Source: an uncultured Intrasporangiaceae bacterium (GTDB lineage Bacteria; Actinomycetota; Actinomycetes; Actinomycetales; Dermatophilaceae). From it: 46,574 nt of DNA. Each line of letters begins with the position of its first letter. Position 1 is the stretch's first letter. Below the pieces are notes generated by a model. The model worked only from the letters and a program-made list of their open reading frames with translations, was not told the origin of the DNA and did no database searches. Positions 1-13,535 of the stretch are shown one piece after another. The translations under genes were made by a program, and so were the position numbers. The stretch lies in contig CAYPQR010000001.1 of NCBI GenBank assembly GCA_964412865.1, forward strand, positions 1 through 46,574, written 5' to 3'.

Positions 1-409
1 CCATCGCCCAGGCGCCACCGTCCGAGCCGATGGGCACCCGCGACATCGACTCCACACCGCCCGCCAGCAGCAGCGAGTCCCAGCCGGAGGCGACCTTCTG
101 GGCCGCCGTGTTCACGGCCTCGAGGCCCGAGGCACAGAAGCGGTTGAGTTGCACGCCGGCGACCGTCTCCGGCAGCCCGGCGGCCAGTGCCGCGATGCGG
201 GCGATGTCCGAACCCTGGTCGCCGATCGGCGACACGACTCCGAGCACGACGTCGTCGATGCGGTCGACGTCGAGATCGGGGTTGCGCTTGCGCATCTCGT
301 CGATCAGGCCGACGACCAGAGAGATCGGTTTGATGCCGTGCAGCGAGCCCTTCTTGCCCCGGCCTCGCGGCGTGCGGATGGCGTCATAGATGAATGCTTC
401 GGTGCTCAC
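1..409 (-). CDS. Acetyl-CoA C-acyltransferase (thiolase), N-terminal part; runs off the window edge
   Basis: Manual minus-strand translation from GTG at 409 gives [23 protein letters not shown]...[15 protein letters not shown]...[11 protein letters not shown], which carries the thiolase active-site Cys motif and GGVESMS. Absent from the ORF track because it has no stop inside the window. Confidence 0.93.
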   Translation of the reverse strand, partial: MSTEAFIYDAIRTPRGRGKKGSLHGIKPISLVVGLIDEMRKRNPDLDVDRIDDVVLGVVSPIGDQGSDIARIAALAAGLPETVAGVQLNRFCASGLEAVNTAAQKVASGWDSLLLAGGVESMSRVPIGSDGGAWAM

Positions 410-610
410 GGTGAGCGTCCCTTCACGTGGTGGCCAAGCGTTGGCGTGCCGTCAACGCCGTCAGCGTAACTCACCGGTAGTGCGCCGGCGCGGCAGGGAC
501 TACTGATCAGTAACAAAGCGGGCGGATGCGCACCGTCCGCCCGCTGCCGAGCGGCGTGCACACGACGGTCGGGCAGTGCGGCACCCGTCGACGGGGTGCA
601 TGCTGGAAGC

Positions 611-3767
<3,157 letters not shown>

Positions 3768-3814
3768 CCCGGGCTGCCAGGGTCACGTCGGCGATGCCGT
3801 GAGGAGGATGCAGC

Positions 3815-4684
3815 GTGGTCGATAGCGGTGATGACTCGGCCCTGCCGCTGGCGGGGGTCCGGGTGCTCAGCCTGGCCGTCAACCTTCCCGGGCCGGCCGC
3901 CGCGGCCCGGCTGTGCCGGTTGGGCGCAGACGTGACGAAGGTCGAGCCTCCCGCGGGCGACCCGTTGAAGGCACTCGTCCCCGCCTACTATGACGCGCTC
4001 GCCGATGGCCAGCACGTCGTCGAACTCGACCTGAAGAACGCCGGCGGCCGCGATGAATTGTGGCGTCTCCTCGGGCGGGCCGACCTGCTGTTGACGTCGT
4101 CGCGGCCGTCGGCTCTGGCACGGCTGGGGCTGGACTGGGTGACGGTGCACCGGCGACTGCCCCGGCTGTGCGTGGTGTCCATCGTCGGGCAGCCGGGAGC
4201 GCAGGCCGAGGTCGCCGGTCACGATCTGACCTATCAGGCGGGGGTCGGCGCGCTCACTCCACCGCAGATGCCGCGGTTGCTGGTGGCCGACCTGGCCGGG
4301 GCCGAGCGTGCCGTCGCGGACGGCCTGGCGGCCCTGCTCGCTCGCGCACGCACCGGCGTCGCCGTCCGCCGCGAAGTGGCCCTCAGCGAGGTCATGACCG
4401 ATCTGGCCGCACCGATCCGGCACGAACTCACGACGCCGGGCGGGCCGCTGGCCGGTGGATGGCCGCAATACGGGATCTATCCCGCGGCAGACGGGTATGT
4501 GGCGATCGCGGCGCTCGAGCCGCACTTCTGGAGTCGGCTGACCGATCTGCTGGGGACCGACGGGTCGAGGGACGGCCTGATCGAGACTCTGCGCCGACGG
4601 TCTGCGGGCGATTGGGAGCAGTGGGCGACAGCGCACGACCTGCCGCTCGCAGCAGTGCGACCGCCGAGCGCCGGCACTGTATGA
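3815..4684 (+). CDS. CoA-transferase family III (CaiB/BaiF-like)
   Basis: PLAGVRVLSL..NLPGP, LGADVTKVEPP.GD and AGHDLTY motifs. Confidence 0.88.
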   Translation: MVDSGDDSALPLAGVRVLSLAVNLPGPAAAARLCRLGADVTKVEPPAGDPLKALVPAYYDALADGQHVVELDLKNAGGRDELWRLLGRADLLLTSSRPSALARLGLDWVTVHRRLPRLCVVSIVGQPGAQAEVAGHDLTYQAGVGALTPPQMPRLLVADLAGAERAVADGLAALLARARTGVAVRREVALSEVMTDLAAPIRHELTTPGGPLAGGWPQYGIYPAADGYVAIAALEPHFWSRLTDLLGTDGSRDGLIETLRRRSAGDWEQWATAHDLPLAAVRPPSAGTV

Positions 4685-4686
4685 CG

Positions 4687-4718
4687 AAGCGGCCGCCCCC
4701 CGGAAGGGACGGCCGCTT
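4687..4718. terminator. Probable bidirectional intrinsic terminator hairpin
   Basis: Inverted repeat AAGCGGCCG...CGGCCGCTT directly after the CoA-transferase stop, between convergent genes. Confidence 0.65.
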
Positions 4719-4740
4719 GCGCGACAGGAGGATGTCCGTG

Positions 4741-4992
4741 TCAGGCGGCGAGATCGAGGCCCGGCCGCGCCGCGACGGGGCTCGTCGCCAGACGGTCGAC
4801 TGCAAACATCACGCCGACCCCGGCAACGATCGCACACGCGGTTGCCCCGGCAACCACGACCCAGGCCACGCCACTGCCGACCAGCAATGGGGCAGCGACG
4901 GCGAGCACGATCGAGGCGACGATCGCCAGGACCAGACCCGCGACGACCATCATGCGGCCCTGAACCTTCTGCACCGGTGCGTTTGCACTCAT
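4741..4992 (-). CDS. Small hypothetical membrane protein (two TM helices)
   Basis: 83 aa with two long hydrophobic stretches; strong RBS AAGGAGG upstream on the minus strand. Confidence 0.7.
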   Translation of the reverse strand: MSANAPVQKVQGRMMVVAGLVLAIVASIVLAVAAPLLVGSGVAWVVVAGATACAIVAGVGVMFAVDRLATSPVAARPGLDLAA

Positions 4993-5085
4993 CGGACAAC
5001 CTCCTTCAACGTCTTATCGGTGATTACGCTCCTCATTCTAGATCTTCGAAATGAAATATCTCTAGCGCGAGCAATATGATTTGCG

Positions 5086-6072
5086 TCACCCTCGGACGAC
5101 CGTGCCGTCCACCCATGCCCGCACCACGTGCTCGTCCCATCGCGCCGCCGACCGTCCGGCCGCGGACATCGCCACCATCGCCGCGCCGATCCGGCCGGCG
5201 GAAGCTCCCAGCCGGGATGCGCGGATGACCGGCGGCGCCCTCCACGCGAGCCGCTCGGTCACCGCTTCGCGCAACGGCCCGAGGAGGGTCTCGCCCGAGC
5301 GCGAGACGCCTCCCCCGATGACGATGAGGGTCGGGTCGACCATGAGCGTGGTCGTGACCAGCCCGAGGGCCAGGGCCTCGACCGCCTCCCGCCACACCTG
5401 CGCGGCCACGGGATCGCGTGCGATGCGTGCGGCCACCTCAGCCGCATCGATGCGGACACCGCCCGAGCGCGCCGCATAGCGGCGTGCGATGCCGGCGCCC
5501 GATGCATACGCCTCAAGGCATCCCCGCTGTCCGCAGACACACCAGTCGCCCGCCGGATGGACCGGAACGTGCCCGAGCTCACCGGCCGCGCCACCGCTGC
5601 CGCTGAAAGCCGATCCCCGCGAGACCAGGGCGGCGGCGACACCCGTCCCGACCGGCACGTGGACGAACTGATCGATGCCCTGGGCACAGCCGACCAGCCC
5701 CTCGGCGAGGCCCGCGCTGCGCACATCATGGTCGATCTCCACGGGGAGCGCGAGCCGCCGACGCACCTGATCACCGAGCGCGACGTCGCTCCATCGCAGA
5801 TTCGACGCGAAGGTGACGATCCCGCGGCCGCGGTCCACCACACCGGGCGTCACGACACCCGCCCCGACGGGGCGGAGTCCGGCTGCTCGTGCTCTCGTCC
5901 GCAGCGTCTCGAACAGATCGAGCAGCCGGGCGAGATTGTCGGGGCCATCGGCACCGGTCTCCGTGTCACATCGGCCGAGCGGCGCCCCCTCGACGGAGAC
6001 GACGGCACCCTTCATCGACGTGCCGCCCAGATCGACGGCCAGGACCACCTCCGTTCCGCCCGCCGACATCAC
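5086..6072 (-). CDS. ROK-family sugar kinase
   Basis: LAVDLGGT ATP motif, GELGH and CVCGQRGCLE zinc motif; no N-terminal HTH. Confidence 0.9.
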   Translation of the reverse strand: MMSAGGTEVVLAVDLGGTSMKGAVVSVEGAPLGRCDTETGADGPDNLARLLDLFETLRTRARAAGLRPVGAGVVTPGVVDRGRGIVTFASNLRWSDVALGDQVRRRLALPVEIDHDVRSAGLAEGLVGCAQGIDQFVHVPVGTGVAAALVSRGSAFSGSGGAAGELGHVPVHPAGDWCVCGQRGCLEAYASGAGIARRYAARSGGVRIDAAEVAARIARDPVAAQVWREAVEALALGLVTTTLMVDPTLIVIGGGVSRSGETLLGPLREAVTERLAWRAPPVIRASRLGASAGRIGAAMVAMSAAGRSAARWDEHVVRAWVDGTVVRG

Positions 6073-6785
6073 GAGTCCACCCCGCCGTTGCGGCCCAGGG
6101 CGCGTCGCACCTCACGGATCACGCCCGCCGACGTCGCGACCACCGTGCCGCGCTCGACACCTTCGGCGCGCAGATGGACCTCGGGCACCTGCGTCGCCCG
6201 GACGATCCGCGCGACATTGTGCGGACGGATCGAGCCGCCGGCCATCACGGTCAGCCGGCCGTCCGCGATGCGCACCAGCCGGCGAAGCACCGGGACACCG
6301 CTCTCGGCGTCGGGTGCGCCGCCCGAGGTGAGCACCCGCGTGACACCGCAATCGATCACGGCCTCGAGGGCGCGTTCGATGTCCGCCGTCTCGTCGATGG
6401 CCTTGTGGAAGGTCGCGGGTGCGCCGGCGCACGCCTCGACGAGCGCCCGGGTCGAGGGCTCGTCGACGTGACCGTCGCCGGTCAGAGCGCCGAAGACGAG
6501 ACCGACGCTCCGCGAGGCTTCCGCGGCCAGGGCACGCACCGACGCGATCTCGTCCAGCATCGCATCGAGCTCGCCGGGGCGCAGCACGAAGTCTCCGCCG
6601 CGCGGCCGGATCATCACCCGCACATCGATCGACGGCGTCCGCGAGAGGACGTCGCGGACGGTGTCGACGTGCGGTGTCGTGCCCCCGACCGACAGGTCGG
6701 CGCACAGCTCCACCCGGTCCGCGCCGGCGGCGAGCGCTCGTCGCGCCTCGTCCGCCGTCGACAGGCAGATCTCGACCAGCGTCAT
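6069..6785 (-). CDS. cutC: CutC-family protein
   Basis: GADRVELC, GGTTP, VMIRPRGGDF, TFHKAID and RVLTSG motifs. ATG 6785 overlaps the upstream stop. Confidence 0.9.
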   Translation of the reverse strand: MTLVEICLSTADEARRALAAGADRVELCADLSVGGTTPHVDTVRDVLSRTPSIDVRVMIRPRGGDFVLRPGELDAMLDEIASVRALAAEASRSVGLVFGALTGDGHVDEPSTRALVEACAGAPATFHKAIDETADIERALEAVIDCGVTRVLTSGGAPDAESGVPVLRRLVRIADGRLTVMAGGSIRPHNVARIVRATQVPEVHLRAEGVERGTVVATSAGVIREVRRALGRNGGVDS

Positions 6786-8446
6786 GCGCTTGCCCGCCAG
6801 GCCTCGCGGCGTAGTGCCTGTTCGTGCGGGTCCGGCACCGGAGCGGCAGCGAGCAGCGTGCGTGTGTATGCGTGGCGCGGCTCCCGAAGCACCCGCGCGG
6901 TCTGGCCCTGTTCGACGATCTCGCCACGACGCATCACGGCCACTCGCTCCGTCAGCGAGTCCACGACCGCCAGGTCGTGACTGATGAACAAACATGCGAA
7001 TTCGTATCTCTGCTGCAGGTCCGCAAGCATGTCGAGCACGCTCGCCTGCACGAGCACGTCCAGGGCGCTGGTCGGTTCGTCGGCCAGCAGCAACTCGGGC
7101 TCCAGCGAAAGCGCGCGAGCCAGGCTGACCCGCTGCCGCTGACCCCCGGACAGTTCGTGCGGGTAGCGATCCGCAGCCCCCTTGGGCAGTTGCACGGCAT
7201 CGAGCAGCTCCGAGACTCTGGCCCGTCGCCGAGATCGAGGAAGGGCACGATGCACCGCGATCGGCTCGGCCACGCAGTCACCCACGCTCATCCGCGGGTC
7301 CAGCGAGGCGGCCGGATCCTGCAGGATCACCCCGATCCGGCGCCTCACTCTCAGCGCGTCACGCCGGCGCAGCGTCGCGAGGTCATGACCGAAGAGTTCG
7401 ACCCGGCCGGACGACGGCGGCAGCAGGCCGAGGGCGACGCGGCCCACCGTCGATTTCCCTGAGCCGGACTCCCCCACCAACCCGACGAATTCACCCGCAC
7501 CGATGCTGAGATCCACACCGTCCACGGCACGGAACGCCCGGCCGCGCCGGCCGTAGTCGACGCACAGATCGTGCATCGCCAACACTGCCCCGCCCGTGAC
7601 CGGGGCGGTCCGAGACGGGCCCTCAGGCTCGTCGCGCACGGATTCGACCACGTCGAGCCTCGGCAGCGACGGGACGGCATCGAGGAGCCGACGGGTGTAT
7701 TCGTGCCGAGGCTCGGTGAGCACCTGATGACTGGTCCCGACCTCGAGCAGATCGCCGCGATACATCACCGCGACCCGATCACAGAGATCGGCGACCACAC
7801 CCATGTTGTGGGTCACGAGCAGGATCGACAGGCCGCTGTCTCGCTGCAGATCCCGAAGCAGACCCAGGATCTCGGCCTGGACCGTCACGTCGAGCGCTGT
7901 CGTCGGCTCGTCGGCGATGATGACGGCGGGCTCACAGGCCAATGCCATGGCGATGACCACCCGCTGACGCTGTCCGCCCGACAGCTCGTGCGGGAAGCTG
8001 CGGGAGCGTCTCGCCGGGTCGGGTATGCCGACCTGGGTGAGCAATTCGACCACTCGACGCTGTGCGACGTCCTTGGTGCGGCCGTGGTTGAGCAGAACCT
8101 CCGCGATCTGGTCACCCACCCGCATGAGCGGGTTGAGAGCGGTCATCGGCTCCTGAAAGACCATGGCGGCGCCGGCGCCGCGCAGCTCGCGCAGCCTGTG
8201 CGGCGACATCGACATCACGTCCTCGCCCATGACCTCCACCGACCCCGACGCCCGCGCCGCACCGGGCAACAGGCCGAGCGCGGCGAGCGCCGTGAGGGTC
8301 TTGCCGGATCCCGATTCACCGACCAGCGCGAGGGTTTCACCGCGTCGCACCTCGAGATCCAGGGTCTTCACGGCATGAACGGCGCCGTCCGGAGCGTCGA
8401 AGGTCACGTCGAACGAGCGGTATGAGAGAGCGGGTGCGGCGTTCAT
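6782..8446 (-). CDS. Peptide/nickel-type ABC transporter ATP-binding protein (two fused ATPase domains)
   Basis: Two copies each of Walker [16 protein letters not shown] and ADEPT. Confidence 0.95.
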   Translation of the reverse strand: MNAAPALSYRSFDVTFDAPDGAVHAVKTLDLEVRRGETLALVGESGSGKTLTALAALGLLPGAARASGSVEVMGEDVMSMSPHRLRELRGAGAAMVFQEPMTALNPLMRVGDQIAEVLLNHGRTKDVAQRRVVELLTQVGIPDPARRSRSFPHELSGGQRQRVVIAMALACEPAVIIADEPTTALDVTVQAEILGLLRDLQRDSGLSILLVTHNMGVVADLCDRVAVMYRGDLLEVGTSHQVLTEPRHEYTRRLLDAVPSLPRLDVVESVRDEPEGPSRTAPVTGGAVLAMHDLCVDYGRRGRAFRAVDGVDLSIGAGEFVGLVGESGSGKSTVGRVALGLLPPSSGRVELFGHDLATLRRRDALRVRRRIGVILQDPAASLDPRMSVGDCVAEPIAVHRALPRSRRRARVSELLDAVQLPKGAADRYPHELSGGQRQRVSLARALSLEPELLLADEPTSALDVLVQASVLDMLADLQQRYEFACLFISHDLAVVDSLTERVAVMRRGEIVEQGQTARVLREPRHAYTRTLLAAAPVPDPHEQALRREAWRASA

Positions 8447-9330
8447 CACTGTCCTCCTCGGACCTCGAACATGTCGCGCAGGCCGTCGCCGACGAAGTTG
8501 AATGCCGCAACCACGACGACGATCAGCAGGCCGGCGGGGATGATCAGCCACCATGAGCCGGCATACACGTAATCCATTCCGTTGGAAAGCATCCCGCCCC
8601 AGTCGGTCGCGGGAGGCTGCACGCCGAGGCCGAGAAAGCTGACATACGCGACCAGCAGGATCGCGTCGGCGACCTGGAAGGTGGCGTTGACCATGATGGT
8701 CCCGATGGTGTTGGGCACGATGTGCCGCACGATGGCACGTCGATGCGTGCCGCCGATCGCTCGCAGCGACAGCACGTAGTCGCGGGTCTTCAGCGACATC
8801 GCCTCCGCCCGCACCAGGCGCGCGGGGACCAGCCACGACACGACACCGATCACGGCGATCATCACCGGGACGGTCGGAGTGACGATCGCCGCGATCACCA
8901 GCAACAGGAACAGCGCCGGTATGGCGATGCCCGCGTCGACCACCCGCATCATCACCGCATCGACCTTGCCGCCGGCGTAACCTGCGACCGCGCCCCAGGC
9001 CGTGCCGATCACCGTGGCGAGCACACCGGCCGCCATACCGATGATCAGGGAGGTCTGGCCCCCGACCATCAGCCGGCCGAGGACGTCGTATCCGAGCTGG
9101 TTGGTGCCGAGCAGGTGACCGCCGGTCCCGGGCGAGAGATTGGCCTGGCGCAGGTTGGTGTGCACCTGGTCGGTGTGATGGACGACCGGCCCGAGGAAGG
9201 AGAAGAGCACGAGCAGGACGATGGCCACCAGGCCGGCGACGGCCAGTCTGTTGCGGGTGAACCGTCGCAGCGCTCCGGCGCGGGCTCCGAAGGTCTGCTC
9301 CTGCTCGGCGATGGTTGCGAGTGCGCTCAC
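8446..9330 (-). CDS. ABC transporter permease (OppC/DppC-like)
   Basis: HLLGTNQLGYDVLGRL and SFLGLGVQPP motifs; GTG at 9330 coupled to the upstream stop. Confidence 0.93.
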   Translation of the reverse strand: MSALATIAEQEQTFGARAGALRRFTRNRLAVAGLVAIVLLVLFSFLGPVVHHTDQVHTNLRQANLSPGTGGHLLGTNQLGYDVLGRLMVGGQTSLIIGMAAGVLATVIGTAWGAVAGYAGGKVDAVMMRVVDAGIAIPALFLLLVIAAIVTPTVPVMIAVIGVVSWLVPARLVRAEAMSLKTRDYVLSLRAIGGTHRRAIVRHIVPNTIGTIMVNATFQVADAILLVAYVSFLGLGVQPPATDWGGMLSNGMDYVYAGSWWLIIPAGLLIVVVVAAFNFVGDGLRDMFEVRGGQ

Positions 9331-10280
9331 AGCGTCGCTCCTTTCACGCGAGGGTCGATCACGGCCTGGAGGACGTCGGCCAGCAACGAGCCGACGACCG
9401 TCGCCAGGGCGATCACGACGACCACGCCGAGTAGCACCGGGAAGTCCGAGGTCTGCGCCGCGTTCCAGAACAGCAGGCCGATGCCGGGGTAGTTGAACAT
9501 CGACTCCACGACGAGACTGCCGCCGAACGCCACGGGCAGGTAGTAGCCGAGCATCGTGATGATCGATACCAGCGAGTTGCGCAGCACGTGCCGGGTGAGC
9601 ACTGTGCGCTCCGGCGTGCCCTTCGCCCGTGCGGTGCGCACATAGTCCTCGGAGAGCGCGTCGAGAGTCGACGAGCGCATGTATCGGCTGAAGGCGGCAA
9701 TGGTGACCAGGGCACCGGTCACCACCGGCAGCACGAGCCCTCCCGGCTGCCCGAGGATCTCCCCGATCGAAGTGCCTTGCGGCGCCTGAGCCGGGAAGAT
9801 CGGCAACACCTGTGCGAACAGGATGATCAGGATCAGGCCGAGGAAGAAGACCGGCGTCGAGTAGACCACGATCGAAAGCGCGGTCGCCGTGTAGTCGGAA
9901 GGCCGGTTGCGCCGCGACGCCTGCCACACACCCATGGGTATGGCGATGACGAGGGCGAGCAGGGTCGACAGACCGGTCAGCAGGATCGTCTTGGGGAGCC
10001 GGTTCTCGAGCAACGTCGACACGGGCGCATTCAAGGTGAAGGAGTCACCGAAGTCACCGTGCAGCATCCGCGTCAAGTAGTCCCAATACTGTTGCCACAG
10101 CGGAGCATCGAAGCCGTGCGAGTGATTGAATGCCGCAATCTGCTGGGGTGTGGCCTGCGGTCCGAGAATGCCTCGCGCCGGGCCTCCCGGCAATGCATGC
10201 AGCAGCGCGAACACGGCGACCGTGACGATGAGCACGACCACCACGGCCTGCAGGATCCGTCGGATCAGGAACTGGGTCAT
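9327..10280 (-). CDS. ABC transporter permease (OppB/DppB-like)
   Basis: LPGGPA, GDFGDS, DYVRTARAKG, FNYPGIG and IDPRV motifs. Confidence 0.95.
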   Translation of the reverse strand: MTQFLIRRILQAVVVVLIVTVAVFALLHALPGGPARGILGPQATPQQIAAFNHSHGFDAPLWQQYWDYLTRMLHGDFGDSFTLNAPVSTLLENRLPKTILLTGLSTLLALVIAIPMGVWQASRRNRPSDYTATALSIVVYSTPVFFLGLILIILFAQVLPIFPAQAPQGTSIGEILGQPGGLVLPVVTGALVTIAAFSRYMRSSTLDALSEDYVRTARAKGTPERTVLTRHVLRNSLVSIITMLGYYLPVAFGGSLVVESMFNYPGIGLLFWNAAQTSDFPVLLGVVVVIALATVVGSLLADVLQAVIDPRVKGATL

Positions 10281-10284
10281 GCTC

Positions 10285-12099
10285 TCACTTCTGTCCTTTC
10301 GCCCAGTGCCACCGTTGTGGGAAGAACTCGGCCAGTGGGTCCTGGCCCCCGATCTCCAGATCCTCCTTGATGGCCGAGATCTGATACGCCGGCTGCGGCA
10401 GCCACACGACGGGGAGGTCCTTGGCGAGCAGGGCGCTGTATCGCTTCATCGCACCGGGTGCGTTCGCCTTCAACGTGTCTCGGATCGCGCGATCTGCCTT
10501 CGGATTGGCATAGTGCCCGAAGTTGGCGGTGCCGCTCGTGGCGAAGAGCCGATCTCCGCTGGGATATGCGGCGAAGTACCAGCTTCCCTGGGCGCCGAAG
10601 AACGACAGTTGCCAATCGCACGACGCCTGGTCCGGTGTGCACGGACCGGACTGATCGAGCACCTGATTCAGTGGTGCCGACTTGATCGTCATCTCGATGC
10701 CCGACCGGCTGAGATCCGACTTGATCACGGCCATCATGTCGTCGGTCACTTTCGACCCGCTCTGCGTGAGCACGGTGAACGCGAACTTCGTGCCCCGTGC
10801 GATGCCCTTGCCGCACTGCTCGGGCCCGGTGCCGGGATTCACGCAGGTCATCGGTCCGTCACCGTGGCGCTTCCATCCATGAGAGGTCAGCAGGTGTCGC
10901 GTCCGCGCGAGATCGAACGGATAGGGGTTGTGGCGCTGCTGATCGGACAGGAACGAGGGTTGGGCGCTGTTGGGCACCGGACCGAAGGTGGGATCGGCCG
11001 TCCCGTGCCAGATCACCTTGGCGATGTTCTTCTGGTCGACGGAGTGTTGGATGGCCTGGCGGGCATACAACTGCTTGAAGACCGGGCCCATCTCGGGGTT
11101 GTTGAAGTTGTAGGGCATGTAGGTGATGGCATAACCGTCCCAGGGCCTGACCTTGTAGCCCTGAGAGGTGAACTGCTCCTTCTGCCCGACGGACCGGGTC
11201 GGCAGGTAGCCGTAGTCCACCTGGCCGGCTCGCAGGGCGTTCAGTTCGGCCTGGGCGCTGGTGAACGGTTGCAACACGACCGTGCTGTGCGCAGGATCGT
11301 CGCCGTCGTACTTCGGATTGGCGGTGAGGGTGACCTGGCCGGTGCCGGTCCACCTCTTGACCGTGTAGGGACCGTTGACGACCTTCCACAGCGGGTTGGT
11401 GGAATACCGCTGCACGTGCTCGGCCTCGTCGACGAGGTAGTCCCAGACCTTGACCGCCCCCGCCCGGCTCCGGTCGAAGTCGCCGACCTGACCGTGGTCG
11501 CTGGTCTTGTCCCACGCATGCTGCGGCATCGCGGTCAGCATCGTCAGTTGGTTGAACAGCAGCCAGTCCTGGTTGTACTTCTCATCGAAGACGAGGGTGA
11601 ACGACCGTTCGCCCGTGATGCGGAAGGCGGTGACGTTGTCGGGCATACGGCCCTTCGAATAGTTGCCCCAACGCGTCTTGTTCGCCTTCACCAGGTCGAA
11701 CCAGAACTGCACATCGCGGGACGTCACGGGTTTGCCGTCACTCCAGTGCATGTCCTTGAGGCGCACGTGTGCCCGACGGCCGTCCGTGCTGAAGTCCACC
11801 GACCGCGCCAGGCTGCCCTTCTTGTCCCACCCGACGTCCTGTCCCGCGCCGTTGACATTGAACAGCGGTGTCCACATGGTCTGCTTGATCGCGCTGTTGT
11901 ACGTGGCGAGATGCTCGGGGCCCGAGATCGGAAGGATCCAGTTCGGGGTCGCATTGGGCGGCAACGCGTAACGGATGGGCCCCCGATGGGGTCCGCCCGC
12001 ACCCGAGTCGCCCTGGGCACATGCCGCCATCGCAACGGCCAGCGGCACCACGGCTGCGGCTGCACGCAGCCGGTGCCATCGCCTCCGGAGGTGGGGCAT
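10285..12099 (-). CDS. ABC transporter solute-binding lipoprotein, family 5
   Basis: Lipobox AMAAC, WSDGKPVTSRDV and NGPY motifs; RBS AAGGAG upstream of ATG 12099. Confidence 0.92.
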   Translation of the reverse strand: MPHLRRRWHRLRAAAAVVPLAVAMAACAQGDSGAGGPHRGPIRYALPPNATPNWILPISGPEHLATYNSAIKQTMWTPLFNVNGAGQDVGWDKKGSLARSVDFSTDGRRAHVRLKDMHWSDGKPVTSRDVQFWFDLVKANKTRWGNYSKGRMPDNVTAFRITGERSFTLVFDEKYNQDWLLFNQLTMLTAMPQHAWDKTSDHGQVGDFDRSRAGAVKVWDYLVDEAEHVQRYSTNPLWKVVNGPYTVKRWTGTGQVTLTANPKYDGDDPAHSTVVLQPFTSAQAELNALRAGQVDYGYLPTRSVGQKEQFTSQGYKVRPWDGYAITYMPYNFNNPEMGPVFKQLYARQAIQHSVDQKNIAKVIWHGTADPTFGPVPNSAQPSFLSDQQRHNPYPFDLARTRHLLTSHGWKRHGDGPMTCVNPGTGPEQCGKGIARGTKFAFTVLTQSGSKVTDDMMAVIKSDLSRSGIEMTIKSAPLNQVLDQSGPCTPDQASCDWQLSFFGAQGSWYFAAYPSGDRLFATSGTANFGHYANPKADRAIRDTLKANAPGAMKRYSALLAKDLPVVWLPQPAYQISAIKEDLEIGGQDPLAEFFPQRWHWAKGQK

Positions 12100-12344
12100 G
12101 AGAATCTCCTTGTCCATGCGTCCCGATGGTTCCTACGATCAGCTCGACAGTTCTGACCGATGTCCGAACTAGCGAGGGGACGTTATGGCAGAAGTGTCCT
12201 GGTTCACAAGTCGGCTTCTCATTCTGCAAGATGGGCGATCTGCCCGCGATCCCTGATTCGAAAGCTATGCCACGGCTTATGACGGGATTCTGCTAGCATC
12301 GACTCCCGAAGTAAGTGACTGCACTTCTACCATGACGAGGCACT

Positions 12345-13535
12345 GTGATCTCCCTCGACTTCCCCCGCGACAAGACCGCCGCCGACATGCTCGGCCTGAT
12401 CTCCTCCGATCGCGCACCGTCACGTGCCGACCTCGCGCGCGAACTCGGTCTGGCCGCGTCGACCGTCTCCCTCCACGTCCAGCAACTCATCGACGCAGGG
12501 CTGGTCATCGAGTCAGACACCGGCCGGTCCACCGGTGGCCGGCGCCCCCGCGTCCTGCAACTGAACCCGGGAGCCGGACATGTGCTGGCGGCGGACCTCG
12601 GGGCGCACCACGCCCGGATCGGGGTCATCGACCTGCTCGGGCGTCTCGGCGCGGTCGAGGAGATCGTCCTCGACGTCGCCGACGGCCCGGAGTCGGTCCT
12701 CACGGAGCTGGCGCAGCACCTGGAACAGCAATCGGCGAGCGGCGTGTTGCGTGGCGTGGCGATCTCGCTGCCCGCGCCGACGAGCATCGAGCACGGTTGG
12801 GTGCAGTCGCCATCGCGGATGCCCGGCTGGCACCACTATCCGGTGCGCGACCGGCTGACGGCTCACTTCGGCGTGCCGTGCACCGTCGAGAACGACACCA
12901 ATGCCATGGCGGTCGCCGAATACACCTCCGCGCAGGGGCGATTCCGCGACCTCGTCCTCGTCAAGGCGGGGGCCGCCATCGGATGCGGCATTATCGTCGA
13001 CGGCAAGGTGCACCACGGCTCGACCGGTGCCGCCGGCGACATCACCCACGTGCGGGTCGCGGCCGCCGGCGAGCACCCCTGCAGCTGCGGCAACGTCGGC
13101 TGCCTGGAGACCATCGCCAGCGGTGCCGCCCTGGTGCGAGACCTCCGGGCCGAGGGGTATGACGTGTCGACGACCTCCGAAGTGGTCGCCCTCGCCCGCG
13201 ATGGTGATCCCGGTGCCACCACCTACATCCGCACGGCGGGGCGTCACCTCGGCGAGACCCTCAGCACGGTCGTCAACTTCATCAACCCCGACGCCGTCCT
13301 GCTCACCGGCTCACTGTCGACCCTCGAACCCTTCGTCGCGGCCGTCCGAAGCAGGCTCTACGAAGGCTGTCACCCGTTGGCCACCCAGCACCTGGTCATC
13401 GACCGTGCCGCATCGGGCGCCGACGCCGGTCTGCTCGGCGTCGGTCGGCAGGCACTTGCTCAGGCGCTCGGTGGCATCGACCCGGCCACGACGCCCGTCC
13501 GACGCCCGACACCGACCCCGGAGGCATCCGAATGA
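12345..13535 (+). CDS. ROK-family transcriptional regulator
   Basis: N-terminal HTH (SRADLARELGLAASTVS), STGGRRP, VENDTN and CSCGNVGCLE; divergent from the ABC operon. Confidence 0.93.
   Translation: MISLDFPRDKTAADMLGLISSDRAPSRADLARELGLAASTVSLHVQQLIDAGLVIESDTGRSTGGRRPRVLQLNPGAGHVLAADLGAHHARIGVIDLLGRLGAVEEIVLDVADGPESVLTELAQHLEQQSASGVLRGVAISLPAPTSIEHGWVQSPSRMPGWHHYPVRDRLTAHFGVPCTVENDTNAMAVAEYTSAQGRFRDLVLVKAGAAIGCGIIVDGKVHHGSTGAAGDITHVRVAAAGEHPCSCGNVGCLETIASGAALVRDLRAEGYDVSTTSEVVALARDGDPGATTYIRTAGRHLGETLSTVVNFINPDAVLLTGSLSTLEPFVAAVRSRLYEGCHPLATQHLVIDRAASGADAGLLGVGRQALAQALGGIDPATTPVRRPTPTPEASE

Noticed and set aside
10126-12156. Long antisense and alternate-frame ORFs (e.g. 10126..12156 +, 15497..16825 +, 38828..40270 +, 25321..27156 -)
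   Set aside because: Expected in high-GC DNA where stops are rare; low-complexity Arg/Pro/Gly-rich or mirror translations with no family motifs.
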